Assembly: GCA_040954595.2 (NCBI GenBank) | Contig: CM082577.2 | Location: forward strand, 11,875,654 to 11,939,653 | DNA from: Balanoglossus misakiensis | Lineage: Eukaryota; Animalia; Hemichordata | Direction of reading: 5' to 3' | DNA: 64,000 nt | Shown: positions 13,153-25,099 of the stretch, piece by piece | How positions within the stretch are numbered: position 1 is the first letter of the stretch | Layout: each line of letters begins with the position of its first letter | Program-made: the position numbers and the translations under genes | The notes under the pieces: generated by a model | Databases searched by the model: none | Told to the model about the DNA's origin: nothing | The model's input: only the letters and a program-made list of their open reading frames with translations

Positions 13153-13325
13153 AACAAATCACATGTGGCATTGGCAAGCAGATGTGACCTTATATTATAA
13201 ACATGGAAAAAAGTTAACAACAAACATGTCTAAACAAACACATATGACAATCAACTTCTTTCAGCCAACCCTTAGAGAGACAGACAAGCAGACACGCTAA
13301 CTGACCTGCCATGTCAATGTGTTAT
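13153..13325. repeat. Dispersed ~175-bp duplicate of 2596-2775
   Basis: Near-identical 'acaaatcacatgtggcattggcaagcagatgtgacc...gctaactgacctgc..tgtcaatgtgttatta'. Confidence 0.85.
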
Positions 13326-13455
13326 TAGTCCTGAACAGGATCTGTCTGTGTCTGTTACTGTCTGGCTGTCTGCATGAATGTCTTTTCTATGACTATGGCT
13401 GAAATTTCTGCAATTAACTTACATGTCTGTAATAGGTAGAGCTGACCGAGCTTAC

Positions 13456-13700
13456 CTGTCTTGGTCTTTTCGGCCAATTTAATTTTGAGTGTCGAAATTT
13501 CACTCGTCAAGTGATTGTTTTCTTTCTTTAATTGAAGAACTTTCTTTTCATAAAGACAGCAACCAACACAGTGTTGTGGGCGCAAAGATGAGTTTTCATC
13601 AGTTTCAGATGTATCCATTGGTTCTGGTTCTGGATCAGAAGCAGTGAAGCTATTTTGCTTAATTGTTTCAGTTTGCTGTTTTTCCTTTTCTGTGCTGTGA
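13456..13700 (-). pseudogene. Isolated exon-like fragment with Cys motif and coiled coil (probable transposon accessory gene)
   Basis: CVGCCLYEKKVLQLKKENNHLTSEISTLKIKL ending in a CAG|GTAAG donor. Confidence 0.35.
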
Positions 13701-14344
13701 ATACATAAATGTGAAGGTGATATATGGTTATTTGCAACGTATTAATTTAATCTCAGGTAAATAGCTGACATTTGCCAGGACTGCACAGGTATAGGGCTGA
13801 CTCAGAGAATTTTTAGAAATCTTATTTCAAGACTCAAAGCTTTTTAAATTATGTTTGTTAAAGGGGACACTGCCTGCAACTGCATATCTTGATTCAGCAA
13901 CAATATTTAAAGTACCCAAGACTTTGTTTTCGTTGATCAGGTATCCCAACTATCAATGGAATGACAACAGTTGCAGGTGGCTGCTGAATTTATAAGGTAC
14001 CTTTCAAGAAAGCCTTCATCCATCATTTTGTTGAGGTATCGACGATCTCATGCCATCTATGCCTTGTGTTTCGCTTCGCATTCAGCCCTTCTCTTGGCTT
14101 TATCTTGGGTATTTGGTTGTGGATATATGACCTCTCAGGTGTGTGGAGTGACCGTGGTCACGACTGTAATACAGGTAGAGTGCATTCTGTGTTATTAGAC
14201 AATTGATTTTGGTATGACCCCATTCTTTCTTTAAATAACCCCACTGTTTAGCCTCTTTGGGCCTTGAGGCCCCACCAGCCAAGGACCTTGGCAGAACACT
14301 GAAAACCCCATAGTGGATTCTGCGTTTCACATTTCCCAGCAATA

Positions 14345-14805
14345 CCTGAATAAATCTGTTCAAGTTCTCGTCTTATTACAGGAATGAAACAAAATCGCAA
14401 ACACTCAATGTGTACAGGATCTGCAACTTGTAACAAGCCACTATCTCTCATGTCTTTGAATAAATATATATAATAGACACCACCGTTCAATTCTTTGATT
14501 ATGTGTTGAACTTCCAAACATAACAGACACATGGGATACTTTCTGACCACATCAACATAGTACTTTGCCACAACTCTAGGGTTCTTATTGGTTATTCCAA
14601 CTTCAGCCCATATAATTCGGCGACTCCAGCCATCTATTGCAGCATGGATACATATACCAAAGGGCTTTAGCTTATCATATCTATCAATGTGCCACATATG
14701 GTTTGGTCCTTTCACTTTGTACTGTCACCTTGTTAACCTTCCGTATCTCTTTGCCGCAAGCCTACCTGGCTGAAGTATGTTTATTATGTCACGAACAGTT
14801 TCTCT
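14345..14805 (-). mobile_element. IS3EU-like integrase-core transposase fragment
   Basis: KGPNHMWHIDRYDKLKPFGICIHAAIDGWSRRIIW...NKNPRVVAKYY; ECLRFCFIPVIRREL. Confidence 0.8.
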
Positions 14806-16299
14806 GAAAAAAAACGGAATTTCATTACCCAACATCATAATACCGGTATAGTTTTGTTTTGTGCAACCTAGTGAATTAAATTAACAATCACATTAATTAA
14901 AGCTCTGTTTGGTAAGATGATATCAGTAAAATTAAAAAATAACAGTTACAGTAATAATACCTGCAGTTATACTTATGAACAATCTTAAATACACTTACCT
15001 CCTCTTCCAAGAATGAACACTTTGTATTCTTTTTTATCTGCAGGCCACACAGCAAAAATATCTAGCCCCTTGCCCTTTGTGTTTTACACAAGTGTCTTTA
15101 ACAACAAGCATCTCATTGTCGTGGAATCGAATAAGCAAATATTCTGCAAATTCAATACAATAATAAAAAATTAATTCAATCTTTGCAGCCCAGATCAAAT
15201 TACGACAAAAATCAGATTCTTACGATCAATTATTAAAGGAGTTTCGTATTTTTACGATAAAAATATCAGCTGGGGGCATCATTTCTAGACCGTAATCAAT
15301 TCATTCCGGCCTCAAAGTTGTCTGACCTAATTATCAGTGCACTCAAAGGTCACAATTTGACACAATTAGAGCAAGGTCTACAACCTATTCAAAGTATGCA
15401 AATTAGGTAAAGACGCACTCCTAAGTCAGCAAGATGTTCCTGATACTCAAGTACATCTGTTTGCATTTCATTTGGCAGCCCAGCAAATTTGAGCAAATAT
15501 TCAGTTTTTTTTATCAAGCATTGCTGCTTCTGCCAATAGTTCATCAATAAACTTTCCCATATTTCGCAGGTTTGCATGTAATTGATCCAAAGTGTATTCG
15601 CTTTTAGGGTCATAGTTTATAAGTGGAGCACCAGTTTGGCCACGCTGATGAGATTCTGCCCATTATACACATGATGACTGACAATGAGGGCAACAGTGTA
15701 TTTTGATGACGGAAGGCACTGCTAGTCACAACTAAAACAGTCTTGTTTTCCCCGAGGGCACGTACACAGTCAGGATGTGCCTGAACGGCGGCCACGGCCT
15801 ATAGCAACCATGTTGTCTCATTTGCATAGCGAAAAGAGCGGCAGGCACCCAGCGAAACATATTGCCCAAAAACTACAAAAGGCTAGGGTATATCCCACTT
15901 TCTTGCAAACTACGCACTGTCTAAGCACTGCACACAGCCAAAGAGGCACACACACACATGTACCGGTATATATGGAGAGAGCGGTGATCCAGTACTAGCC
16001 GCTCGTGTGTATTTATTGCCGCCAAAAAGTAAGTAGATATAGGCCTGCATAGTCTGGTGCACAGTCTGATGATTTGCCAATTGGCAACTATACCAGTACA
16101 ATAAAGAAAAAACGGTGTCTTACACTGCGGTAATATGAATAGCATATAGCCGCTCAGGAAATACCAGAAAAAAACCTTAAAAGTGAATGGTAAATGCTCT
16201 GGAAACCCTTATGCAACGCAATTGTACGATTGCGCATAGTGGTCAAAGTCTTTGACGAACGAAAAGTGACCTTGGTGATGGTTGACGTACATGGTGTTA

Positions 16300-16720
16300 C
16301 GTGTGTCACAGATAGTGCATTTATATTGGGTGTCCAGACGATGATGTACATCCTTTAAATGCCGTGCCATGTTGTCCTTTCGGGTGAAGGTACGGTCACA
16401 ACATGGACACTGAAACTGCTCATTTTCGTCACCACCATTACCTGTTTTCTTGTCATCATGCACTCTCTTTTCGTGTCTTGCCAAGTTGTCTTCGCGTGTA
16501 AACGTCTTACCGCAACTGGCGGTTTTCCCCGTGTACGCTTTTGATATGGCGACATAAATCACCTGGTCTGGAAAATGTGCGGGGACAGTGGGGGCACGTT
16601 GATCGGCCTTCATCATTCTCCTCACCCTCATCATGGACACCCGGGCGATTGGTGGTTTCACGAAGGGCCTGCATATATTCTGGTGATGGCTGGTGTTCGG
16701 TGACAGCAAGGTGTGGAGAC
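16300..16720 (-). pseudogene. C2H2 zinc-finger array fragment (Polinton-associated type)
   Basis: CPHCPRTFSR...H, CGKTFTREDNLARHEKRVH, CPCCDRTFTRKDNMARHLKDVH. N-terminal PSPEYMQALRET is shared with 20359-20949. Confidence 0.75.
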
Positions 16721-17084
16721 GGAAGTCTGGGGAAAAAAATTGCTAGAATAAATTTACAAACGACCATGCAGACAGATAGACAACCATACAGGTTAGAACG
16801 AGTACCCCGCCTAAGGTGAATAGAAACACAATCTATTTAAACCTACCTGATTCGCTTTGGAGAGGACGATGCATCCTCTTGTGTGCCCGATGTGTCATTG
16901 TTTGGTGTGGTGTCGATTCTACGAGGATGGAAAATATATTACAACGTGAATAGGCAATTGATTAGGTCTTTACATATCCTTCAATCCAAACATGCCGTCG
17001 CATGTAGGCGAAATACGCCTGGAAAAATAAGCCATCACCAGAAATCGAAGTGACTCTGTCTCCAGAGTCAAGTAATCTGCAGAC

Positions 17085-17705
17085 CGCTTTTGTTTCCAGA
17101 CGAAGTTTTGGAGCATGGTTAGGTGGTAAGTCATCTGTAGTCAGATAACATTCAAAGTCGAATGTGGCTCTGTAAGGATAATAACGCCAGTCTTCAGGCA
17201 CAGCGATTCCCACATCAGCCAGAGCTTCGAACACAGTCGGTTTCCGTTGAGCATATCTTCTCGTGCTTGTTCAGGTTTTTAAACCGGTCAAACAATTTAC
17301 CGCAATGGGAACATTTGTACAATTGCGCATAGTGGTCAAAGTCCTTGACAAACGAAAAGTGACCTTGGTGATGGTTGACGTACATGGTGTTACTGTGTTT
17401 TCCCACTGATTTCACAACGTGTGTGATGACCCTTTCCGATCGTGAACCACCATTTCCTCCCACAAAAAGTTCACAAACCTCTATATATTGATAGAAAACA
17501 TCGATTCTAAGTCAGGTAAATCACCAAATGATACGCCCTCGAACGGAGTGTTAGGAGTGTATCCTCTATGTGCAACATACTGTCGGCTGTAATTTTTTGC
17601 AGCAACTTGAATATTTCGCTCTGCATAGCCCTTAGCTAAGGCGAGACAGCGGAAAAAACAGAGGTTGTTTTCTTACGTTTATCTGTGCGGGGGGCAGAGA
17701 AGTAA
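17085..17705 (-). mobile_element. Polinton/Maverick-like protein-primed PolB N-terminal fragment
   Basis: MYVNHHQGHFSFVKDFDHYAQLYKCSHCGKLF...HEKIC followed by YYPYRATFDFECYL (Exo I-like DxE). Duplicated in part at 28520-28910. Confidence 0.65.
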
Positions 17706-18997
17706 CGGTACCTGTAGGGGGTTGAATAGATTGAACAAAGCTCTTTATATCGGACTTCCGAAATGACTCGTAGTCAATAATAACAAGCAACTGTTTATTG
17801 CGAAAGTGGGTGAACAACCACTGACTTGTACAGAACAATACTCCGTGCGATGAGTGCGACTCGTAGAGTCTTTCCAAACAAAAACTGACCTCGAAACAGA
17901 TTACGCCAGCTCTAAAAATAGTCCACTGGAAGCTTTCACCCAAAGACGACGATGTTGTAGGGTTTTCGTGAGAATATGAACCATCGGGTGACTACATTAA
18001 CATCATTTGGGGAGCTCGCTGATAATTCAGAATCGCATGTAGGCAGTGCACGTTGCTGTTGTGTTGATAGTGGTGTTGGCTCAGCACCATCGGCGGAATT
18101 ATTGACTTTTCTGAAGAAATGCTGAATCGAATTTTGTCCTAAGCTGTCTTTTGGTTGTATTTTTTTAGTGTAGTGAGGCATGACGAGATGCTGACTCGGT
18201 ATCTTCCTAACCACACTCAAATGTTTTCCCGCGATTTTCTCACGCTTAGCCAGACATAAAAATGAGACGTGACAGCCAGAAACCGTGGCAATAAAGTAAT
18301 ACTCGCCCGACGGGGAAAGTACTACTCGCGGTTGCACCGACCGTGTATATACTACCTACACAAAGCGATTGATGCCTATATTAACTATTACTAAATACTT
18401 AACAACTATCTTAAACGCTATATATAAAGGTGAGACAGAACTATAAGTGAAAGCTTATCAGTAGCAAGGATATTACTTACATCTTGATATAGATCAGGTA
18501 CAATTCGGTCTGCTTGGTCTCCAGCTCGTCGAAACGGCATGCTTTCCCCAGGTCCGCCCACACTGCTGTCGGCCTCATCCATTGGTGCCGCTCCTGTCAG
18601 TCAGATCTCCGTGCTCCGCCTTCCACGGTCCTGGCTGGCTGTCGCCCTGGGCAACCGACTCCGGCTGCCAGTCATTCAGGGGTCCAAATGTAATTCCACT
18701 ACACTCGTCCTTATTTTCTTTTTGGGAGATCCTCCCTGGGGCTATATGTCCGGTAAGGGGAAGTCTGAAGCGGTGGGGTTCCCTGGAAACGTTCGTCGGG
18801 CTGGTCCTGAAAATAAAAAGATCTTGGGTGGCCTGCCCGAGGAGACGGGCACCAGAATACTCTCTGATATTAGATCCCAGCCAGTGTGGCCGGATTGGGT
18901 TTTTTGTTATTTGACATGCATCTCCTCCGCCAGAGGCTGATAGTTGGGTATGTTCTTCCTCTGTCAGTGACGGATTCCACACTCTGTTTGTGTCACT

Positions 18998-19804
18998 TTA
19001 GATCTTGTACAGACGGCGGGCGTTGTCGGCCATCTGCGCCAGCAGCTGTCGAGTGGATGTTCCACGCAGCCTCGCTACCTCCAGTGCCACGTCTCCCAGG
19101 AAGGCTGGGGTGTTCATTCTCTGGGTTTCCCACACACGTCCGCCGGGTGACTCCGTCTCCACCAGGATTCTGTCTTCCGGGATGGCCTGCATTGCTTCTA
19201 TCTGTCGTTCATCGAACTGGCGGACGGCTGCCGAAAACCCAAAATAAGTTTCTGGAAAATACCGCCGCCAGTCCCCCACGGTTTCCATGCATCCTCTAAA
19301 ATCCCGGAGATGGATTTGCTGGCGTTCATCGCAATGACGTGTCATAGTGAGGAGAGCCCAGGCTGCCGTCTGCCTGTCGTGTCTGTCTTCGGTGGTCCCT
19401 CTGAGGGTGACTACCACCGGCTTCCTCCCCTGGTTCATACAGAGCAATTCTGTGAATACTTTGTCCTGGGCTTCCCAGGTGGAGGGATCTTCAGTTCTCT
19501 CCAGGCCAATGTCTCCCAGCGCGGCCACGTCCGGGTGCCGAAAGAGTTCGCCGACGGTCTGGCGCTGGTCACTGGTTAGATAAGGTGCCACTCGGGGGTT
19601 CACGCCGATGGCCATTGGAAATCCTTCTTCCCCCGGCAGCGGGTCCGGGTACCGATCCGGCTCGGAAAATACTCCCAGACCCCCGAGGAGTCGTATGCGG
19701 TAATCGGGGGACACCAACATCGTAGTAAGTGAGGTCTTTTGTGGTGTTGGACGCGTCTTCCACCCTGCATTCCTCTGCCCACGCTTGAGGGTAGAAACAC
19801 GCAT
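18998..19804 (-). pseudogene. Intronless TatD-family nuclease-like ORF with substituted metal ligands
   Basis: AIGVNP; VAALGDIGLE; QDKVF; KPVVVTLR; IHLRDF; YFGFS; IPEDRILVETESP; NTPAFL; NARRLY. Lies in a segment more GC-rich than its flanks. Confidence 0.8.
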
Positions 19805-20358
19805 CGAAGCCCCCAGGCGTTGATGGGTCCCGCGCTACTGCTTCCGCTCTTGTCATTTCTGGTGGCTGTGCCCGGGTTGATGCTGGTCTCCGGTGCGGCC
19901 GGATTTTACTCTGTATAAAAATATCAAGTTTTATGTGCATATCCATCCATTAGATTTTCCACTCACACTTCTTCTCCAAAGTATTCGTTTGGAAGAAGTG
20001 CGACTCCTTGCCTTAGAAATCTGAGTTTTCCATGCGAACATTGTTCAGCAATATGTAGTGTCTTGGATTTTTTATCCTTGGCGGGGATTTTCCAGCAAAT
20101 TAGGAAACTTTATAATTTTCAACAGTCTAATTGAGGTAATATGTCAGTCCTTTGTCCGAAATTGAAGTTTAAAAGTGTATTTCGAGTTTTGTCTGCTGCG
20201 ATCCCTGCCAGAGTTTTGTCTGTTGGGTTTTGTCTGCCCACTTCAGCCGAGTGGTTCCAGTGGATCGACGGGTAGTGAGTCAGAAGAGGAAGTCTCTTCG
20301 GTACTGCTACTTATCTCGTCATCCGTATCACCGTGACCGCCGACTTGAACCACTGTTG

Positions 20359-20925
20359 CTATATTTTCATCGTCGGACAAGGAGGAGGAGGAGGAAGAAG
20401 CAGATGAAGTGGAAAACTGGATGCATCTTGCTGATGACTGTGGCTGTGTGCATTTAAGTGCCTGGAATGATCTAAATCGTCGGCGACATCTAGCACATTT
20501 GAACGAAACATCTCGAGATAATTTTTTGTGCACTTTGAGATGCGCATCGATTTTCTAGAAAAGGTCATGTCGCATATATCGCATTCATATTTGTTGGTGG
20601 ATGGCTGATGGCAGGCATTTGTGTGTCGCTTCATGTTATCTTTCCGATTGAAGGACCGAGAACACATATCGCAGGTGTGCTCTCGTTCGGTGTTATCCCC
20701 ATGCACTGCTTTCAAATGGCGTTTTAAGTTGTCTGCCCTATTAGATTGATGCTCGCATTTGGGGCAGGCAAACTGCTTATTTTCGGTTTGGATTATCATG
20801 TGACGTTTTAAATTATGACGTTGAAGAAAACATTTGTCACAGTGAGGACATTGTAGAGTGGCATCATTATTACTGGTCTCCCTCAGTGCTTGCATGAACT
20901 CAGGCGAGGGGGGATGACCTGGCAT
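20359..20925 (-). pseudogene. C2H2 zinc-finger array fragment with acidic tail
   Basis: CPHCDKCF..LKRH, CPKCEHQ..NLKRHLKAVH, CDMCSRSFNRKDNMKRH, CDICDMTF. A frameshift leads to CARCRRRF and an Asp/Ser-rich tail. Confidence 0.8.
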
Positions 20926-21189
20926 AATTCTGAAATGAAACAAATACACGAGCGTTATACAGCTACAAACCTAACTGCATTAGCATACATCCATTTATAC
21001 TTGCATGCATATACATGTACATACATTCATACATTTTAAGGGTGGTGAAGTTTAATGATAATCATTTTACCTATATCTCTTGGATGAAGAGGCACCCGTA
21101 TCCTGTCTTTCAGTTAACGCCATTTCTTCTTCCCCGGTGTCCCTATTGAACGAAAATGGTAAATAATAATAATAAAATACAAATATTCT

Positions 21190-21374
21190 TCGTTTATACA
21201 TTCAATACAAGAGCATGCCGTTTTACAAAACTCGTCGACTGCTCTGCACGGACATGCTCCACGTCCTTTCTTCCTTGCACAAACCCCACTGCAGTTACAT
21301 GATCTGGGGTCTTCACTTTCTGCCACGTCTAGCGCTGCTGCGACATCACTCAGAGCGAAGCTATCTTCGGCCAT
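21190..21374 (-). pseudogene. CXC (tesmin/TSO1-like) Cys-cluster first-exon fragment
   Basis: MAED...CNCSGVCARKKGRGACPCRAVDEFCKTACSC. Confidence 0.6.
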
Positions 21375-21689
21375 TTTAAAAAGTTTTGCAATCGCAGGGA
21401 CTTGTGGGTAATATCTTTATTTATAAACAGACTCATTGCGCAAGTGCAGCGCGACGACCCCTTCACTTTAAATTAAATCCTCTAAAGAAAGAAAGAAAGA
21501 AAGAAAGGTAAAACTTACCCGCTTAAATTTGGATGCGGTGCGGTCAAATTATGCTGCTGTGATTCATCCCCTACAGCGAGTTCATGCTGATCCTATTACA
21601 AGGAAACGCATACATGTGTATAAGGTTAATCCTGACCATCAAGTACAGAAAACATCTCTCTTTTAACTGCTAATGTGTGACTTATTTTA

Positions 21690-23296
21690 ATAAGTCCTAT
21701 GGTCAGAGAGCTTTTTCGGTATGTGCCCCTTTGCTGTGGAATGCACTGCCTTCAGAAATTCGTTGTGCCAGAAATACTACTTCTTTTAAACGTTGTTTGA
21801 AGACCCATCTTTTTAACAAGTTTTACTCGTAACTGTAGTAGTTGTTTTTAGGGCCCAAGCCAAGCAGGCTTGGGCCCTATTGGTATTACTGGCTTTTTTC
21901 TTCTTCTTCTTCAGTCGTTTTTTCGGCCAGCTAGATCTGGAAAACGGCTGAACCGACAAATTTCAAAGTTGGCACAGTGGTGCAGGCCTATGAGAGCATG
22001 ATCTGTACCCCTGTGAATGTTTAATAAGTCACGTGACCTGATGACCATATATGGGCAAATTTTTCCAATTGGCCTAATTTGCATATGAATTGAGATATCA
22101 AAATTCTGTTAAGATACTTTGTGGACCATGTGGTCAGTGTCCTACATGCCAAATTTCAAGGCCGTGGGCCAAGTCCATTATGAGAAGAAGATTTTTAAGT
22201 ATTATTTTTCATATTTTTCGCCCAAGCCATGGGCCTATACTTCACATAGTTAAGCTATGACCACATATTATTTTGGATAAATATACATACATATCTCAAA
22301 ATCTGTTCAGCTGATCAACTCCAACTTTGGTGTGCAGCTAGCCTAGCATTTGTCAATCATTTTAAGCGAAAAAAAATAATATGAAAAATCAACCGATTTT
22401 TTTATATTAATTTTTATATTAAATTTATACCTTTAGTTATACCTCCATAGTTAAGCTATGTCCACGTTTTATTGTGGAATTCTGGTCTGTGCAATGGTTC
22501 TGTAAAGTGGCTGTCTTTTGGCCAGTGAGCAGAATGGGACCTAAATAAAAGGCAATATTTTGGGCTCACCTGTAACACCTGCTTAACTCATTAATTATGT
22601 ACATACCTAATTCCGGGGTAACTAATAGGGCTAGAGGTTTCGTTCTTGTGGGACATGGACCAGTATTGGGTCAATAATTTTTTCCCAAATTTTGGGTGAC
22701 CTCAGGTGACCTTTGACCTACTTTCCTATATCTCGGCATCCAGAGCAGGTACAGACTTGGCGTTTGGAGGGTTGGGACTAAAATTGAAAAGCCAAGATGG
22801 GGGTCACCTGTGACACCTGCATATCTCATTAATTATGTGCATACCTAATTCCAGGCTAACCAATAGGGTTAGAGGTTTGATTTTTGTTTAACATGGACCA
22901 GTATGGAGTCAAAATTTCTTGCCCAAATTTTGGGTGACCTCAGGTGACCTTTGACCTACTTTACCATATCTTGGCATCCACAGCAGATACAGCCTTGGCA
23001 TTTGGAGGGATGGAACTCCTGATGGAGCCTTACACTTTACCTCATTAATTATGTGCATACCTAATTGTAGGCGAACCAATTGGGCTAGAGATTTTGTTCT
23101 TGTGGGACATGGACCAGTATGGGGTCAAAATTTCCTGCCCAAATATTAGGTGACCACTTATGACCTTTGACCTTCGGCTTAAGCTTGGGCCCGTCATCGC
23201 TGCTTGCAGCTATATTTTGTATCTTTTTAATACTTGTGTTCAGCGCACTGAGACGTTTGTGGAGTGCGTTTTTAAGAATTAAATATTATTATTATG
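21690..23296 (+). mobile_element. 3' end of an L2/CR1-group LINE, split by a Helentron-type insertion
   Basis: KSYGQRAFSVCAPLLWNALP...FKRCLKTHLF at 21690-21830. 3' stem-loop 'agcgcact...agtgcgtt' and (ATT)n tail at 23240-23296. Confidence 0.75.
21849..23215 (+). mobile_element. Non-autonomous Helentron-type element (HINE/DINE-1-like) with ~240-bp internal repeats
   Basis: 5' hairpin agggcccaagc..gcttgggccct, a (CTT)n tract, about three internal repeats (22550-23175), and 3' end gcttgggcccgtcatcgctgcttgcagctata. Flanks are T-rich. Confidence 0.75.
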
Positions 23297-24329
23297 AAAT
23301 TTAACACAAACAGGCACGCGTCATACACGTGAGTGTGAGTGTCCTACATGAGGAATGAATGGGGAACAATATAGTTACATTGTGACGATTTAAATAACAA
23401 AAGCGGGTTATTTGGAATCCGTGCGTGCAGTGCGTAACGGTGTTGCTGGCCCGGCGACGCCACGAGTAGTACGGACGTATACACATTGGGTAACTAGAAT
23501 AAATAATAATTAAATAAGTAAATAAAATGCACATACGATAACATTTATTTTACATGAAAACTTACCTGGCTTTGTTCGGTTTCTTCTTTTGCATTCTCAC
23601 GCTCAAGAATAATAATTTTCTGTCACTGACTGGCCGAAAACTCGGGAGAACTGTCCGAGCTCATTGTAATCAATGGAATACAATGTCATGAAACAGTATA
23701 CCGAAAGAATAAATGGTATCAGTCGGTAGATGGCACACTTCGGTAATCCTCACCAGCTATGGTACACGGTATAGTATACAAATAAAGAGATCGGACCAGC
23801 CACTGCTGTAAATGACGCACTTCTTTAATCTTCACACGGAAGAACCTGCCTTCACTCCTCCTCACAACCATGCCTTTTTTCCTCCTCAAAACTCGTTCTT
23901 ATATACCCCACATCATTTACATATTCTACTTCTAACCAATTAAAATCCTAATTTTTCAATCGTCCAATCAGAACACAGACCTCGGCCTAATCCCTCGGCA
24001 TTCTGTATCAACCCTAAGGTAACCATGGTATTTCATTTCAATCATGTTAGGTTGGCGCGGAACTAGGGAGTCATTGCCATGGGTACATGCATTTCTTCTC
24101 ATTTCTCCTCACTCATCTACTACTAGGGTTAGGGTTAGGGTTCCTCCTCACTCCTAGGGTTAGGGTTCGGTTATTTGTACTGTATAAATAACATTTTAGG
24201 GGAAAATAAATATAAAGGAATAAAGGTTATGAATATATATCATGACTTTCCTATATTGCATTTTCTTTTTGTATGTGTGAGAATGGTGAATTTAAAAATG
24301 GAATATAATTTTACTTATCCTTACACACT

Positions 24330-25050
24330 CTACAATACCAGGCCTTCCCCCTTTTTGGGGGCACATTTTAGTCCAGCACATCTCAAGTGCACCCAGTGGT
24401 ATTTACACCTTGGATTATCACACCCAACATATTCCTCATCATTTTCTGGTTTCTGACAATAGCAGAACAATTCTCTTGATGTTTCATCATGCCTTTCTTT
24501 CTCATTTCTGACATGTTTTGTCTCCTCACGTCTACTGATTAACTCTGGCAAAATGTGCCTATGCCAAAATTTATCCAGATTCTGAAGCAAACTTTCACAA
24601 AAGCAGTTAGCTATCATATTTCATGGCAGTATTCATTTTTACCTTCGCAAAATCACAGTATTTTACGTTGTACACTAGCATTTCGTGTTGTACTGGTGAT
24701 AGTATCTGTGAGCACATTTTAGCTTTCCATTTCTATCAAGATATGACCCCTTGTGACCAATCATTTCCTTTACCGGTACACTGCTATCTCTGAACATGTA
24801 TGGACATTTAATTTCTAAGAGGCAATAGCCATGACATTCACAAGTAATAAATAAATGCCATTTGTATTAGCACCAATCCAAGGTTTCTCTTTCAATATTC
24901 TCATACCCTTTTTTTTACTTTACCTTGAACATGACTAAATGATGTGTTAAAAACTTCCTTTTCATGGAGCAACATTTTAGTTTTGAGTATGTAGGAATAT
25001 GTGTTGTCCCATATGGTTCAAAACTATGCAAAAGGATCCTAAACAATCAA
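24330..25050 (-). mobile_element. YqaJ-like exonuclease plus PHD finger module (transposon-borne)
   Basis: PHD: FCYCQKP...VGCDNPRCKYHWVHLRCAGL. YqaJ: PWIGANT..GI..CECHG..LLEIKCPY...LK.AHRYYHQVQ. Confidence 0.8.
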
Positions 25051-25099
25051 CTTTCCATCTCACTTTATAACAATGAACGTCATACAGGTTAATTACATT

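Noticed and set aside
17632-18337. Minus-strand ORFs possibly from a transposase N-terminus
   Set aside because: No diagnostic motif recognised.
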